Sequence record: PZ583743.1
From: a phage
DNA length: 64,000 bases
Direction: 5' to 3' (one strand)
The notes under the pieces were generated by a model, which ran no database searches, was not told the DNA's origin, and was given only the letters and a program-made list of their open reading frames with translations. Position 1 is the first letter of the stretch. Each line of letters begins with the position of its first letter. The position numbers and the translations under genes are program-made. Positions 1 to 10,322 of this stretch are shown here, in pieces.

Positions 1-658
1 ATACGTAAAAACGAATAGCTTCCAATGCATTGATTACGTGCAGGCAGAGGTAAAGAGATTTCATTAGTGCTCGTTTAGTACATTCAACAACTTTGCCTAA
101 CTCTTCTTTACGAAATCCTTCTGATAAAATTCCTTCATAATCTTCAACCGCATTCTGATATTCACGAGTCTTAACTAGAACGTCATCATAATAACGACCA
201 ATAGATTCAGCACGTTTCATGATAGCTTTATCTAATACAATCTCATCAAATACCTTTGATGGATCAGTATAAAGATTTCGCATAATATGAGTATATGAAC
301 GGCTGTGAATAGTTTCACTAAAAGTCCATGTAGCAACCCATGTATCAAGACTTGGGTCTGAAATTAACGACATAAGTACAGCAGACGGTGCACGACCCTG
401 AATGCTATCCAAAAGTGATTGATACTTCAGGTTATTAGTAAAAATATCTTGCTGATACTGAGGAAGCTTGTTAAATTGTGCAGCATCCATCATCAAGTTT
501 ACTTCTTCAGGACGCCAGAAAAATGACAACTGTTTTTCGGTTAAATCTTCAAAAACTTTATGACGTTGAATATCATAACGCGCAATACCAAGACCTGAAC
601 CGAAGAACATAGGTTCTTTTAAAACATCAACTGGATTTGTATTAAAAACTGTGCTCAT
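1..658 (-). CDS. nrdB: Ribonucleotide reductase small subunit NrdB, N-terminal 219 codons; gene runs past the window start
   Basis: Minus-strand ORF from ATG at 658 (MSTVFNTNPVDVLKEPMFFG..., ...ETIHSRSYTHIMRNLYTDPS...) is open to position 1; not in ORF track because truncated; lies downstream of nrdA as in T4. Confidence 0.85.
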   Translation of the reverse strand, partial: MSTVFNTNPVDVLKEPMFFGSGLGIARYDIQRHKVFEDLTEKQLSFFWRPEEVNLMMDAAQFNKLPQYQQDIFTNNLKYQSLLDSIQGRAPSAVLMSLISDPSLDTWVATWTFSETIHSRSYTHIMRNLYTDPSKVFDEIVLDKAIMKRAESIGRYYDDVLVKTREYQNAVEDYEGILSEGFRKEELGKVVECTKRALMKSLYLCLHVINALEAIRFYV

Positions 659-709
659 AAATTTTCCGCTTAGTTAATAGATAGTGACTCGTCCGTGAGT
701 CAAATTATA

Positions 710-2974
710 TCATAATTTACAGGATGAACAATCTTCAGCTTTTGGAGTTTCTATTTCATAATCATCAGTACCAGAACCGTCACGTGTATTATGATAATAG
801 AAATTTTTTCCGCCAAAATACCAAAAGTACAAAAGGTCATCAATCATTACAGACATTGGAACCTTTCCTTTTGGAAAAATCTGCGGGTCATAATATGTAT
901 TCGCTGAAGCTGATTGACATACCCATTTCAGCATAATAGCTACCTGCGTAAGATAAGGTTTATTACCTTTCTTAGCTAATTTCCACGTATAATCATAGAG
1001 GTCTATGTTATGCTCAATATTGGGCACGACTTGATTAAAGGAACCCTCTTTTGATTCTTTAACAGAGACTGGTCCGCGTGGAGGCTCGATACCGTTTGTA
1101 CTGTTAGAAACTTGGGAAGATGACTCACATGGCATAAGTGCTGATAATGTGCTATTACGGATGCCAAAGAGCTTAAGGTCTTCCCGCAGCGACGACCAGT
1201 CACAAACGTATTTTGGAGCTGCGATTTGGTCAATCTTTTTATTGTACCAGTCGATAGGTAATTCGCCTCGAGACCAACGAGTGTCTGAATAATACTCGCA
1301 AGGTCCTTTTTCTTTGGCGAGCTTAATGGATGCTTTAATGAGTCCATACTGTAATCTCTCAAATAGTTCATGTGTTAAATCGTTAGCATCTTCATAAGAA
1401 GCAAAGTTACTTGCTAGCCAAGCTGCATAGTTAGTAACACCTACACCAAGATTTCGACGCTTTTTAGCTTTTTCTGCTTCAGGAACTGGATATCCTTGGT
1501 AATCCAAAAGATTATCAAGAGCGCGAACTTGAACTTCTGCTAATTCATTAATTTTATCTTGGTCTTGCCAATCGAAGTTATCCAACACAAATGCAGATAA
1601 CGTGCACAATCCAATTTCGGCATCAGGGCTATTCACATCATTTGTTGGAATAGCAATTTCACAGCACAAGTTACTCTGACGAATAGGTGCCTTTTCACGA
1701 ATAAACGGAGTATAGTTATTCGTATTATCAATGAACTGTACATAAATCCTTGCTGTTCCTGATCGTTCAGTCATGAGCAATTCAAACAGTTCACGGGCTT
1801 TAATACGCTTTTTACGAATATTAGGGTCTTTTTCTGCGGCTTCGTATAATTCGCGGAAACGGTCTTGGTCTTTAAAATAAGAATAATAAAGTTCGCCACC
1901 CATTTCATGCGGACTAAACAAAGTAATGTAATCGTTCTTTCCGAATCGTTCCATCATCAAATCATTCAGCTGGACGCCATAATCCATATGACGAATACGG
2001 TTTTCTTCTACGCCTTTGTTATTTTTCAAAACGAGAAGATTTTCAACTTCCAAATGCCAAATAGGATAATAAGCAGTAGCAGCGCCGCCACGAATTCCGC
2101 CTTGTGAACATGATTTAACAGCAGTCTGAAAATGTTTCCAAAAAGGAATAACGCCAGTATGACGCACTTCACCTGTGCCAATCTTAGAACCTTCGGCACG
2201 AATCATACCAACATTAATGCCGATTCCAGCTCGTTTAGAAATATACTCAACAATTGAAGCAGAAGCCTTATTGATAGACTTCAGCGAATCACCTGCTTCA
2301 ATAACAACGCATGAACTAAACTGTCGAGTTGGAGTACGACATCCAGCCATAATAGGAGTTGGCAGTGAAATCTGTCGAGTAGATACTGCTTCATAAAAAC
2401 GAATAACATGTTTTAATCTGTCAACAGGTTCATCTTGATGCAATGCCATTCCAATAGTCATAAATGCAAACTGTGGAGTTTCATAAATTTGACCAGTGGT
2501 TTTATCTTTAACGAGATATTTTTCTTTTAATTGCATCGCCCCGGAATAAGTAAATTCCATATCCCGCTCGTGCTTAATTTTTGATTCTAAAAATGTAATT
2601 TCTTCTGCAGAATATTTTGACAACAATTCAGGGTCGTATTTACCTTCATTTACACAGTAAGAAATATGGTCAATAAATGAACGGGGCTCATACTGCCCGT
2701 AAACATGTTTACGAAGAGCAAACATTAAACAGCGCGCAGCTACATATTGATAATCAGGCTCTTCAACTGAAATAGAATTCGCAGCAGCCTTAATTACAAT
2801 GGTTTGAATGTCATCAGTGGTCATTCCATCACGGAGATATGATTTAATATTTTCATATAATTCATAAGGATCTACAGATGTTCCTTCAGCTGCCCAAGAT
2901 AAAACTTTAATAATTTTTTGCGGGTCAAAGCTTTGAGAAACACCACTACTTTTGATAACATTAATTAATTGCAT
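710..2974 (-). CDS. nrdA: Ribonucleotide reductase large subunit NrdA
   Basis: 754 aa, same length as T4 NrdA; class Ia RNR sequence ending CSSCKL; between td and nrdB. Confidence 0.95.
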   Translation of the reverse strand: MQLINVIKSSGVSQSFDPQKIIKVLSWAAEGTSVDPYELYENIKSYLRDGMTTDDIQTIVIKAAANSISVEEPDYQYVAARCLMFALRKHVYGQYEPRSFIDHISYCVNEGKYDPELLSKYSAEEITFLESKIKHERDMEFTYSGAMQLKEKYLVKDKTTGQIYETPQFAFMTIGMALHQDEPVDRLKHVIRFYEAVSTRQISLPTPIMAGCRTPTRQFSSCVVIEAGDSLKSINKASASIVEYISKRAGIGINVGMIRAEGSKIGTGEVRHTGVIPFWKHFQTAVKSCSQGGIRGGAATAYYPIWHLEVENLLVLKNNKGVEENRIRHMDYGVQLNDLMMERFGKNDYITLFSPHEMGGELYYSYFKDQDRFRELYEAAEKDPNIRKKRIKARELFELLMTERSGTARIYVQFIDNTNNYTPFIREKAPIRQSNLCCEIAIPTNDVNSPDAEIGLCTLSAFVLDNFDWQDQDKINELAEVQVRALDNLLDYQGYPVPEAEKAKKRRNLGVGVTNYAAWLASNFASYEDANDLTHELFERLQYGLIKASIKLAKEKGPCEYYSDTRWSRGELPIDWYNKKIDQIAAPKYVCDWSSLREDLKLFGIRNSTLSALMPCESSSQVSNSTNGIEPPRGPVSVKESKEGSFNQVVPNIEHNIDLYDYTWKLAKKGNKPYLTQVAIMLKWVCQSASANTYYDPQIFPKGKVPMSVMIDDLLYFWYFGGKNFYYHNTRDGSGTDDYEIETPKAEDCSSCKL

Positions 2975-3291
2975 AAGTCCTCAACTTGAAAATCGTCTTT
3001 AAACAATCGGTTAACTATATGAGCTATTATATCACCATGACACGGCTTTGGTTTACATGTGCATCCTAGCCTCATTCCACGTAAAGGCTCTAAATGTGCT
3101 TTAGTTATTTCTCCGGATTTAATTCGACGTATAAAATCTTTTTTGAATAATTCAATGGCAGCCTCCCGGCTGCCAGCATCTTTACCGACGTAATTTCCCC
3201 AAAATGTACCACGGTGAATATTAACATCAAAGTCGGATTTATATTTATTCACTACTTGGCATAGACGGCCCGCGCGGTGATAATTCGTCAT
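2965..3291 (-). CDS. Conserved hypothetical protein (T4 nrdA.1 position), Cys-rich [11 protein letters not shown] motif
   Basis: 108-aa ORF between td and nrdA. Confidence 0.6.
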   Translation of the reverse strand: MTNYHRAGRLCQVVNKYKSDFDVNIHRGTFWGNYVGKDAGSREAAIELFKKDFIRRIKSGEITKAHLEPLRGMRLGCTCKPKPCHGDIIAHIVNRLFKDDFQVEDLCN

Positions 3292-3508
3292 ATTGTTTTT
3301 CCGTTAAAACAGTAATATCATAATAACAATCTGAAGAAGTTTTAACCGTAGAAATTTTATTATCAAAATACTCACGAGTCATTTTATGAGTATAATATTT
3401 TTTGCCATAAATTATAATAGGCTGATTTGGTCCTGGAACTTCTAACTCGCTTGGGTTAGGAAGTGTAAAAAGAACTACACCAGAAGTATCTTTAAATCGT
3501 AAAATCAT
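3245..3508 (-). CDS. Hypothetical protein (T4 nrdA.2 position)
   Basis: 87-aa ORF; overlaps next ORF start by 47 nt in another frame. Confidence 0.5.
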   Translation of the reverse strand: MILRFKDTSGVVLFTLPNPSELEVPGPNQPIIIYGKKYYTHKMTREYFDNKISTVKTSSDCYYDITVLTEKQYDELSPRGPSMPSSE

Positions 3509-3531
3509 ATATCCTCACAATTAATAATTAA

Positions 3532-4392
3532 TTACACCGCCATTTTTCCTTTAATAGGAGGGTGAGATACATAGTTGTTAAGAACAAAATTATGCGGCTT
3601 TGCGAATTGACTCAACCAAAATACCTGTGATTCTGTGTCCCATTCATCAAATTCATCTGGAAATTTTAATTGTAATTCGCATAAATCCATAGGTTCACGA
3701 CGCAAAATTTCTTTACATTGTTCTATGTGATTCATATAGATATGAGTATTACCACCAGAAAATATCAAATCTCCTGGAATAAGATTACACATCTTAGCTA
3801 CAATATGAACTAATGCAGCATATGATGCAATGTTGAATGGCAAGCCCAAGAACACGTCAACACTTCTTTGATACCACTGCAAATCCAAATAGCCATTACG
3901 CACATTAAACTGATAGAACATATGACAAGGCGGTAATGCCATTTGCTTGAGTTCAGCTGGATTCCATGCTGAAACAATTTGACGTCTATCATTTGGCAGT
4001 TTTTTAATACGATCAACAACTTCTATAATTTGGTCTACACCGCCAAAATCACGCCATTGTTTTCCATAAATTGGACCAAGTTCACCGCTATGATATCCTA
4101 AATCTTTTGCTTGATTTTCGTAATTTTCATCCCAGACTGTTTTGCCTTGAATTAATGAATCATGCTGAATTAATCGTAAATCATTTACGTTAGTACTTCC
4201 TGATAAAAACCATATTAGCTCAGCAATGCAAGCTTTCCAGGCGAGCTTCTTAGTTGTTACTGCAGGAAAACCTTTACTTAAATCCCAGCGTAATTTAGTA
4301 CCGAACAGAGCAATTGTTCCTGTGCCTGTTCGGTCATCAGTTTCATAGCCATTTTCAAAAATGTCTTTAATTAAATCTTGGTATTGTTTCAT
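3532..4392 (-). CDS. td: Thymidylate synthase, uninterrupted (no group I intron)
   Basis: 286 aa continuous ORF with ThyA motifs (LPPCH, FNIASYA); T4 Td is 286 aa. Confidence 0.95.
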   Translation of the reverse strand: MKQYQDLIKDIFENGYETDDRTGTGTIALFGTKLRWDLSKGFPAVTTKKLAWKACIAELIWFLSGSTNVNDLRLIQHDSLIQGKTVWDENYENQAKDLGYHSGELGPIYGKQWRDFGGVDQIIEVVDRIKKLPNDRRQIVSAWNPAELKQMALPPCHMFYQFNVRNGYLDLQWYQRSVDVFLGLPFNIASYAALVHIVAKMCNLIPGDLIFSGGNTHIYMNHIEQCKEILRREPMDLCELQLKFPDEFDEWDTESQVFWLSQFAKPHNFVLNNYVSHPPIKGKMAV

Positions 4393-4437
4393 TTAGTACC
4401 TTATATAAATTATAATACATTTTATGAAGCTAAATAA

Positions 4438-4785
4438 TCAATACGGTTTAGCGTCAAATTTTCTTTCAATTTCAGGCGTAAAATACAATTCTTTACCACG
4501 CTTGGAAAAGCGACCAATAATATGATAATTATTCTCATCAAACGTGATATTGCCGATATCCATAGCTTTCAACCAAATATCGATATTTCTGTCAAGCTTT
4601 ATATCAAAATTCCAATACGGAGAACTATTACCGAAAATACTACAAGCGGATTCAGTGAAACAACTGCTATAAATCTTGTCTTTAGGAACTACTAATTGAT
4701 AGACGCCTTTAATAAACTGAGGACCCTGCCATTTTGGTTGTTTCACGTCTTTTTCTAATAGAATAGGGTAATAATTAAAATTCAT
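4438..4785 (-). CDS. Hypothetical protein encoded in a frd-td insertion
   Basis: ORF track 4438..4797 (119 aa, GTG start); likely ATG start at 4785 giving 115 aa; no recognisable motif. Confidence 0.5.
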   Translation of the reverse strand: MNFNYYPILLEKDVKQPKWQGPQFIKGVYQLVVPKDKIYSSCFTESACSIFGNSSPYWNFDIKLDRNIDIWLKAMDIGNITFDENNYHIIGRFSKRGKELYFTPEIERKFDAKPY

Positions 4786-4805
4786 ATTTTCCGCCACGTG
4801 TTATT

Positions 4806-5632
<827 letters not shown>

Positions 5633-5640
5633 TTTATCTC

Positions 5641-5976
5641 CTAATATAAAGGATCGGGAACATATCCACTAGCTTTAATCATTTTAACTAAGGTTACCAT
5701 TCCTTTGTTAACTGCTTGTGAGATTTCATCAAAAACTTCATCACTAAAAAGTTCTAACACTCCCTTCTGAACTTTTAATTTACAACCAACAATTTCGTCA
5801 TCGCCTATAGTAAATTCATTACCGCCAATTCCACCGAAAAACTTAATTACCCCAGTTAACTGTCTTCCACGAGAATATGGGTCATGTGATAAAGTAATAT
5901 GAGTCACCCCAGGTACAGTTTTAAATTGACAGCGAATGTTTACTTGGGAAATTCCAGTTACATGAATGTCAGACAT
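5641..5976 (-). CDS. Hypothetical protein (frd-upstream cluster)
   Basis: 111-aa ORF. Confidence 0.5.
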   Translation of the reverse strand: MSDIHVTGISQVNIRCQFKTVPGVTHITLSHDPYSRGRQLTGVIKFFGGIGGNEFTIGDDEIVGCKLKVQKGVLELFSDEVFDEISQAVNKGMVTLVKMIKASGYVPDPLY

Positions 5977-5986
5977 AATATTTTCC

Positions 5987-6229
5987 TCAAACAGACTTTT
6001 TCACAGTTTTCCAATCAGCTTTAAACTGATCAACATCAGAATGGTAAATCCAGAATCCTGCGCTTTCTCCATCCTCATAAAGAGGGCATCCATCACATTC
6101 ATCTTCCCATCCCATATCACGTAAAAGATGTTCAGCTTTTTCAACGAGTTCAGAATCTTTACCGATGATATTAAAATACCATTTACCTCTAACTTCTGAA
6201 TCTTTGATGCTCTGGCGTTGTAATCTCAT
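5987..6229 (-). CDS. Hypothetical protein (frd-upstream cluster)
   Basis: 80-aa ORF with AAGGAG SD and its own early promoter at 6255..6284. Confidence 0.55.
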   Translation of the reverse strand: MRLQRQSIKDSEVRGKWYFNIIGKDSELVEKAEHLLRDMGWEDECDGCPLYEDGESAGFWIYHSDVDQFKADWKTVKKSV

Positions 6230-6254
6230 TTTATTCTCCTTAGTTGATAGGGTA

Positions 6255-6284
6255 ATAGTATCACACTACTACCCTTCTGTAAAC
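6255..6284 (-). promoter_or_regulatory. T4-type early promoter (GTTTAC, 18 nt, TACTAT)
   Basis: Minus-strand -35 at 6279..6284 and -10 at 6255..6260; precedes ORF 5987..6229. Confidence 0.55.
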
Positions 6285-6661
6285 TACTTTTTGAAAGTTT
6301 TTCGCAAAAGTTCAATGATTTCATCTACATTGTTTTCGTCAACAATGCAGTGAATTTTTGTTACGCCAGAAACCTTGTCTTCGACTTCATCTTCAGAAGT
6401 CGGTTCTTTATACTCGCAGAAACAATGAAATTCGTCTTCGCAAATTTCTGAAAGTCTATCACAAAGGTGAAAATGCTTTCCATTAGCGCATTCAATGTGT
6501 TTTACCGCTTTAAATCCATTAGCAAAGAAAACTTCTTTAACTTCAAACCATCCGCCATTTTCTCGAATAATTTTAACTATTGACGCGTTGGATCGTGGGC
6601 TATAATTAATAAATGTATCAATAAGTCTTGGAACAAGTTCATACTTTTTGCCAATATACAT
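6284..6661 (-). CDS. Hypothetical Cys/His-rich protein (frd-upstream cluster)
   Basis: 125-aa ORF; HIECANGKHFHLCDRLSEICEDEFHCFCEY segment suggests metal binding. Confidence 0.5.
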   Translation of the reverse strand: MYIGKKYELVPRLIDTFINYSPRSNASIVKIIRENGGWFEVKEVFFANGFKAVKHIECANGKHFHLCDRLSEICEDEFHCFCEYKEPTSEDEVEDKVSGVTKIHCIVDENNVDEIIELLRKTFKK

Positions 6662-6681
6662 TACGTTTTCCTCATTTTAAC

Positions 6682-6698
6682 GGGGCTGTAATAGCCCC
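6682..6698 (-). promoter_or_regulatory. Intercistronic RNA hairpin
   Basis: ggggct-gtaat-agcccc between stop at 6706 and ATG at 6661; no U-run. Confidence 0.4.
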
Positions 6699-6705
6699 TT
6701 GATAA

Positions 6706-6936
6706 TTATTGTTCAATCAATCCCATGTAAAATTCTGCGTCTTCAGAATCCATGCCGTCACAATACTCATTAGCCATAAAGCGGGTGAGGTCTTCAAGAG
6801 GGCCTTCAATGACAATAGAAAAATTGCAATAATTAGGATCATCGTGAATACTTGTGATACTAAGTCTAGTATAACGATTACGAATAATTTCTTCAATATA
6901 TTCAAAATCAACGATGTCAATATCAACTTTAGCCAT
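6706..6936 (-). CDS. Hypothetical acidic protein
   Basis: ORF track 6706..6957; SD AAAGAGGAA precedes internal ATG at 6936 (MAKVDIDI...), consistent with promoter at 6980..7009. Confidence 0.5.
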   Translation of the reverse strand: MAKVDIDIVDFEYIEEIIRNRYTRLSITSIHDDPNYCNFSIVIEGPLEDLTRFMANEYCDGMDSEDAEFYMGLIEQ

Positions 6937-6979
6937 ATTATTTTCCTCTTTAATCATCAGCAGTATTGCCGATAGTTGT

Positions 6980-7009
6980 ATAGTACCACAGTATGCTTTG
7001 GTTGTAAAC
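6980..7009 (-). promoter_or_regulatory. T4-type early promoter in cassette A
   Basis: -35 GTTTAC at 7004..7009, 18-nt spacer, -10 TACTAT at 6980..6985; directly downstream of the gene 32 terminator. Confidence 0.6.
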
Positions 7010-7033
7010 CGTTTTGTGAAAAAATTTTTGAAA

Positions 7034-7059
7034 TAAAAAAGGGGACCTCTAGGGTCCCC
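7034..7059 (-). terminator. Rho-independent terminator after gene 32
   Basis: Hairpin ggggacc-tcta-ggtcccc at 7041..7059 followed on the minus strand by a U-run (plus A-run 7034..7040). Confidence 0.7.
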
Positions 7060-7081
7060 AATTAATTAGTAATATAATCTA

Positions 7082-7990
7082 TTAAAGGTCATTCAAAAGG
7101 TCATCCAGGTCCGTGTCATCAGCACTAGATGAACTGCCAGAGCTTGAGCTCATAAAATCATCTTCAGTTTTTGTTTTGAAGTCATCAACATTGAATGCAT
7201 CCAAATCATCAGCAACTTTATCGGCTTTCTTAGCAGCAGTTGCTGCGGCACCACCCATAGCAGCAGTTCCCATAACTTGACTGAACTTAGTGCTCAATTC
7301 TTCAAACGATTTGAATTTATCTTTAGAAGTCATTTCAGAAAGGTCAACCATTTGTTCGAACAGTTCTTTCTGGAAAGATTCATCATCAATGTTTGGAATC
7401 GCAGATTGATTCAGGAATTTAGATTCGTCGTAGTTACTAAAACCAGAAACTTGTTTAACTTTCAGTACAAAGTTAGCACCTTCCCACGGACAAGTTACAT
7501 CAACCGGGGTTTCACCCATTTCAACATCAACTGCAATCATTGCATTGATTTTATCCCAGATTTTCTTACCGAAGCGGTATTTAAATACTTTACCTTCATT
7601 TTCTGGAGCAGCTGGGTCTTTTACTACAAGAATGTTAGCCCAGTAAGAAGTTTTACGTTTAACAAGACCGTACTCTTTATTGTCAGTGTTATACAAATCA
7701 TTTTTATTGATGTACTGACATACTGGACAAGAATCGTAATCACCGTGGGTAGATGAACAGTTTTCAATATACCATTTACCATTTTTCTTGAAACCGTGAT
7801 TTACAAGAATTGCGAATGGTGCTTGTTCATCATTTTTAGACGGAAGAAAACGAATTACTGCTTGACCGTTACCCGCATTGTCGAGTTTCAGTTTCCACTC
7901 GCCTTTATCTTCAGAAGAAAAACCACCTTTATTTCCAGCCAGTTTAGCCATTTGTGCAGCGAGTTCAGCAGTAGATTTACGTTTAAACAT
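7082..7990 (-). CDS. 32: Single-stranded DNA-binding protein gp32
   Basis: 302 aa; [17 protein letters not shown]..., zinc site [14 protein letters not shown], acidic C-terminus; T4 gp32 is about 301 aa. Confidence 0.95.
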   Translation of the reverse strand: MFKRKSTAELAAQMAKLAGNKGGFSSEDKGEWKLKLDNAGNGQAVIRFLPSKNDEQAPFAILVNHGFKKNGKWYIENCSSTHGDYDSCPVCQYINKNDLYNTDNKEYGLVKRKTSYWANILVVKDPAAPENEGKVFKYRFGKKIWDKINAMIAVDVEMGETPVDVTCPWEGANFVLKVKQVSGFSNYDESKFLNQSAIPNIDDESFQKELFEQMVDLSEMTSKDKFKSFEELSTKFSQVMGTAAMGGAAATAAKKADKVADDLDAFNVDDFKTKTEDDFMSSSSGSSSSADDTDLDDLLNDL

Positions 7991-8035
7991 TTTTTATTTC
8001 CTTTTTAATTTAATTAACAGTTGGTGCTATGACGA
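7991..8035 (-). promoter_or_regulatory. Gene 32 5' leader, AT-rich translational operator region
   Basis: Unstructured A/U-rich tract ttaattaaattaaaaaggaaataaaaa upstream of gene 32 ATG, as in T4 gp32 autoregulation. Confidence 0.5.
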
Positions 8036-8074
8036 TGTATGACCTCATAGCTGGTCAGTGAGATAATTATAATC

Positions 8075-8082
8075 TATTTATA
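8075..8082 (-). promoter_or_regulatory. Late promoter TATAAATA for gene 32
   Basis: Exact TATAAATA on minus strand about 85 nt upstream of gene 32 ATG. Confidence 0.5.
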
Positions 8083-8090
8083 ATAAGCAA

Positions 8091-8744
8091 TTAGTACTTA
8101 CAAGATTTCACAGTTTCAATAAAAACACTTTTAGCTTTCTGCGAATCAATATTTAAAATTTTTCTATAAGCCTTTAACTTTATAGAATAATTATTCCAGA
8201 CTAAATTATCAGTCTGTTCGTCATGTTTATCAATTATATTTAAAAACGAATCAAGCAAGATAAACGTCTCAAACGAAATTATATTCGATTGAAGTAGTTT
8301 AAAAATATAACTTGATTGAACTTTTGGATTATACTCAAAGATTTCTTTAAAAGCAGAAACTTCAACTTTTTTACTAAAATAATAAATGTTGCGAATATCT
8401 TCTTCAAACTTAAATTTAATTTGCTTTAAGCGTCCGATATATTCACGATAAAACACAAGTGCATCAGCGTCAGAGATGTCACCAATCCAAGCATCTTGGT
8501 TAGCAACAAGATTGCTTATAAAGATTAAAGCAAGTTCCTTTAATTTATATTTTTCTGATAACTTCTGGAAAAAATACTTATCCCTTCGCTTTTGATAAGC
8601 GGCATCAGACACCCGCATGCACCAATTATACTTAATTACATCATACTTTCCATTCATATGTTGTTTTATCATTAAGTATAATTTATAAACTGATTTACCA
8701 TCAATGTATCTTTCACCACCAGCAGGCATGCGGAGTTTAATCAT
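8091..8744 (-). CDS. 59: Helicase loader gp59
   Basis: 217 aa, same length as T4 gp59; immediately upstream of gene 32. Confidence 0.9.
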   Translation of the reverse strand: MIKLRMPAGGERYIDGKSVYKLYLMIKQHMNGKYDVIKYNWCMRVSDAAYQKRRDKYFFQKLSEKYKLKELALIFISNLVANQDAWIGDISDADALVFYREYIGRLKQIKFKFEEDIRNIYYFSKKVEVSAFKEIFEYNPKVQSSYIFKLLQSNIISFETFILLDSFLNIIDKHDEQTDNLVWNNYSIKLKAYRKILNIDSQKAKSVFIETVKSCKY

Positions 8745-9079
8745 AGTAGAAAATCTAATGTATTAGTTTTTTCACAACGAACAACAGAAGGACGTAAAAG
8801 ATTTTCGTCAATAGCTTCTGACTGAATTTTTTCAATTATACCCGAAGGAATAAATTTAGCAAATTGAGTTTCAGGAATAGAATTTTCTTCCAAGAATGCT
8901 GTTGTAGCTTCAAGATAACTCATTCCAAACTCTTCTACCATTTTTTCAATAATAAATCCATTTTCTTGGCGGTCAAGAAGCTTTGCTATTTCATCCTTTT
9001 CTTTCTTAATTGAAAGTTCTTTTTCTGAAAGACCGGTCTCATCGACCGGACGAATATCATTTAGAGAAAACTGTGTCAT
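8741..9079 (-). CDS. 33: Late transcription co-activator gp33
   Basis: ORF track 8741..9088; start at 9079 (MTQFSLNDIRP...) gives 112 aa as in T4 gp33. Confidence 0.8.
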   Translation of the reverse strand: MTQFSLNDIRPVDETGLSEKELSIKKEKDEIAKLLDRQENGFIIEKMVEEFGMSYLEATTAFLEENSIPETQFAKFIPSGIIEKIQSEAIDENLLRPSVVRCEKTNTLDFLL

Positions 9080-9326
9080 AAAGTTCAACTACCTCTTCAG
9101 TTTCAGCTTCAAACACATCACGGTTATCTTTATGATACAAAGCTAAAAGACGATTAAACATCTTACCATCAACGCCAAGTTCATCTTTAGCACGAATTCG
9201 AATGTCTTTAATCAATTCATTATAACCGGAAATTTTCAGTTTATGATCAGATGCTTCTTTGATAAATTTAGCTAAGTCTTCGCCATGGATAGCTTCATCA
9301 AATTCAACCATTTCTTTTTTAGCCAT
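9057..9326 (-). CDS. dsbA: dsDNA-binding protein DsbA
   Basis: 89 aa, between rnh and 33 as in T4. Confidence 0.8.
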   Translation of the reverse strand: MAKKEMVEFDEAIHGEDLAKFIKEASDHKLKISGYNELIKDIRIRAKDELGVDGKMFNRLLALYHKDNRDVFEAETEEVVELYDTVFSK

Positions 9327-9334
9327 TATTCACC

Positions 9335-10252
9335 TCAAAATTCATTAATGCTATTAGTTAATTTAGAAAGACCCGCTTTTACAAAATATGAATAAATTTT
9401 GCCACGCGGTGGTAATTTATATGAATTATAGTAATTCACAATATTTGAAGCAATATTATCAGGAATATAATCAAAATCAATTAGAACTAAATTTTCTTTA
9501 TATCGATTATATTCAGATTCAGTGAGAAGCACCTTAGCTTGCTCACGGTCATTAGCAATAGCTTCAACAATAGAGGTTTTCATTGAAGGAGTTCGTTCAC
9601 CTTCAACTCTAGTAAACCAAAAGTCAGATCGTACTTTAACTGAAGCAACGTTATCCTTTTTGTCGCCTTTAAGGATTTTAGTCATACAGTCAATTTCAGC
9701 AGAACCGCTTTTAATTTTAACCCATTTCTTGTGCATCGGTGACCATTGCTTAACATTTGGGTATTTGTGAAGTTGAGTAAAGTCACCATCCGACGAAATG
9801 ATTAAAATCTTATGTCCTTCTAAAGAGAACTTTTTAACAAGAACAGCAATGTGGTCATCTGCTTCATACTTATCAATATCCATAACGATGTATGGCATAT
9901 AAGCTTTCAATTCATCTATAACTTTATGACTAGATTCAAAATAACCTTCCCAGTCCCAAGTAGATTCTTCTCGTGCTTTTCCACGGTTTTTCTTATAATA
10001 ATAAGCGAAATCACGACGCCAGTATCCAGATTTCGCGTTATCAATACACAATACAATTTTAGTGTATCCAAGAGTTTTTGCTTTTTTGACATTAAACTTA
10101 ATTGAGTTCAATATCAAATGACGAACCATTGATAAGTTAATTTTTTCTTTATCTGGAAAGTTTACTAGAGCAGTTGAAAGCGCAATTTGACTAAAGTCAA
10201 TTAAGCAAATTCCTTCTTTGTAATCTTCATCCAGCATCATTTCTAAATCCAT
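9335..10252 (-). CDS. rnh: RNase H (5'-3' exonuclease, FEN family)
   Basis: ORF track 9335..10267; GAGG SD precedes ATG at 10252 (MDLEMMLDEDYKEG...) giving 305 aa as in T4 RNase H. Confidence 0.9.
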   Translation of the reverse strand: MDLEMMLDEDYKEGICLIDFSQIALSTALVNFPDKEKINLSMVRHLILNSIKFNVKKAKTLGYTKIVLCIDNAKSGYWRRDFAYYYKKNRGKAREESTWDWEGYFESSHKVIDELKAYMPYIVMDIDKYEADDHIAVLVKKFSLEGHKILIISSDGDFTQLHKYPNVKQWSPMHKKWVKIKSGSAEIDCMTKILKGDKKDNVASVKVRSDFWFTRVEGERTPSMKTSIVEAIANDREQAKVLLTESEYNRYKENLVLIDFDYIPDNIASNIVNYYNSYKLPPRGKIYSYFVKAGLSKLTNSINEF

Positions 10253-10281
10253 ATGAACCTCGTTCAATTAGTGAGATTTCT

Positions 10282-10311
10282 ATTATATACCATCCAAATC
10301 TTAAAGTAAAC
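10282..10311 (-). promoter_or_regulatory. T4-type early promoter for rnh
   Basis: -35 GTTTAC at 10306..10311, 18 nt, -10 TATAAT at 10282..10287; supports rnh start at 10252. Confidence 0.55.
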
Positions 10312-10314
10312 AAG

Positions 10315-10322
10315 TATAAATA
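10315..10322 (+). promoter_or_regulatory. Late promoter TATAAATA for gene 34
   Basis: Exact TATAAATA 35 nt upstream of gene 34 ATG; AGGAG SD follows. Confidence 0.7.

Noticed and set aside
724-2396. Plus-strand ORFs 724..936, 1865..2107 and 2175..2396 inside nrdA
   Set aside because: They lie antisense to a highly conserved 754-aa gene, have no SD or promoter and low-complexity translations; AT-rich antisense artefacts.
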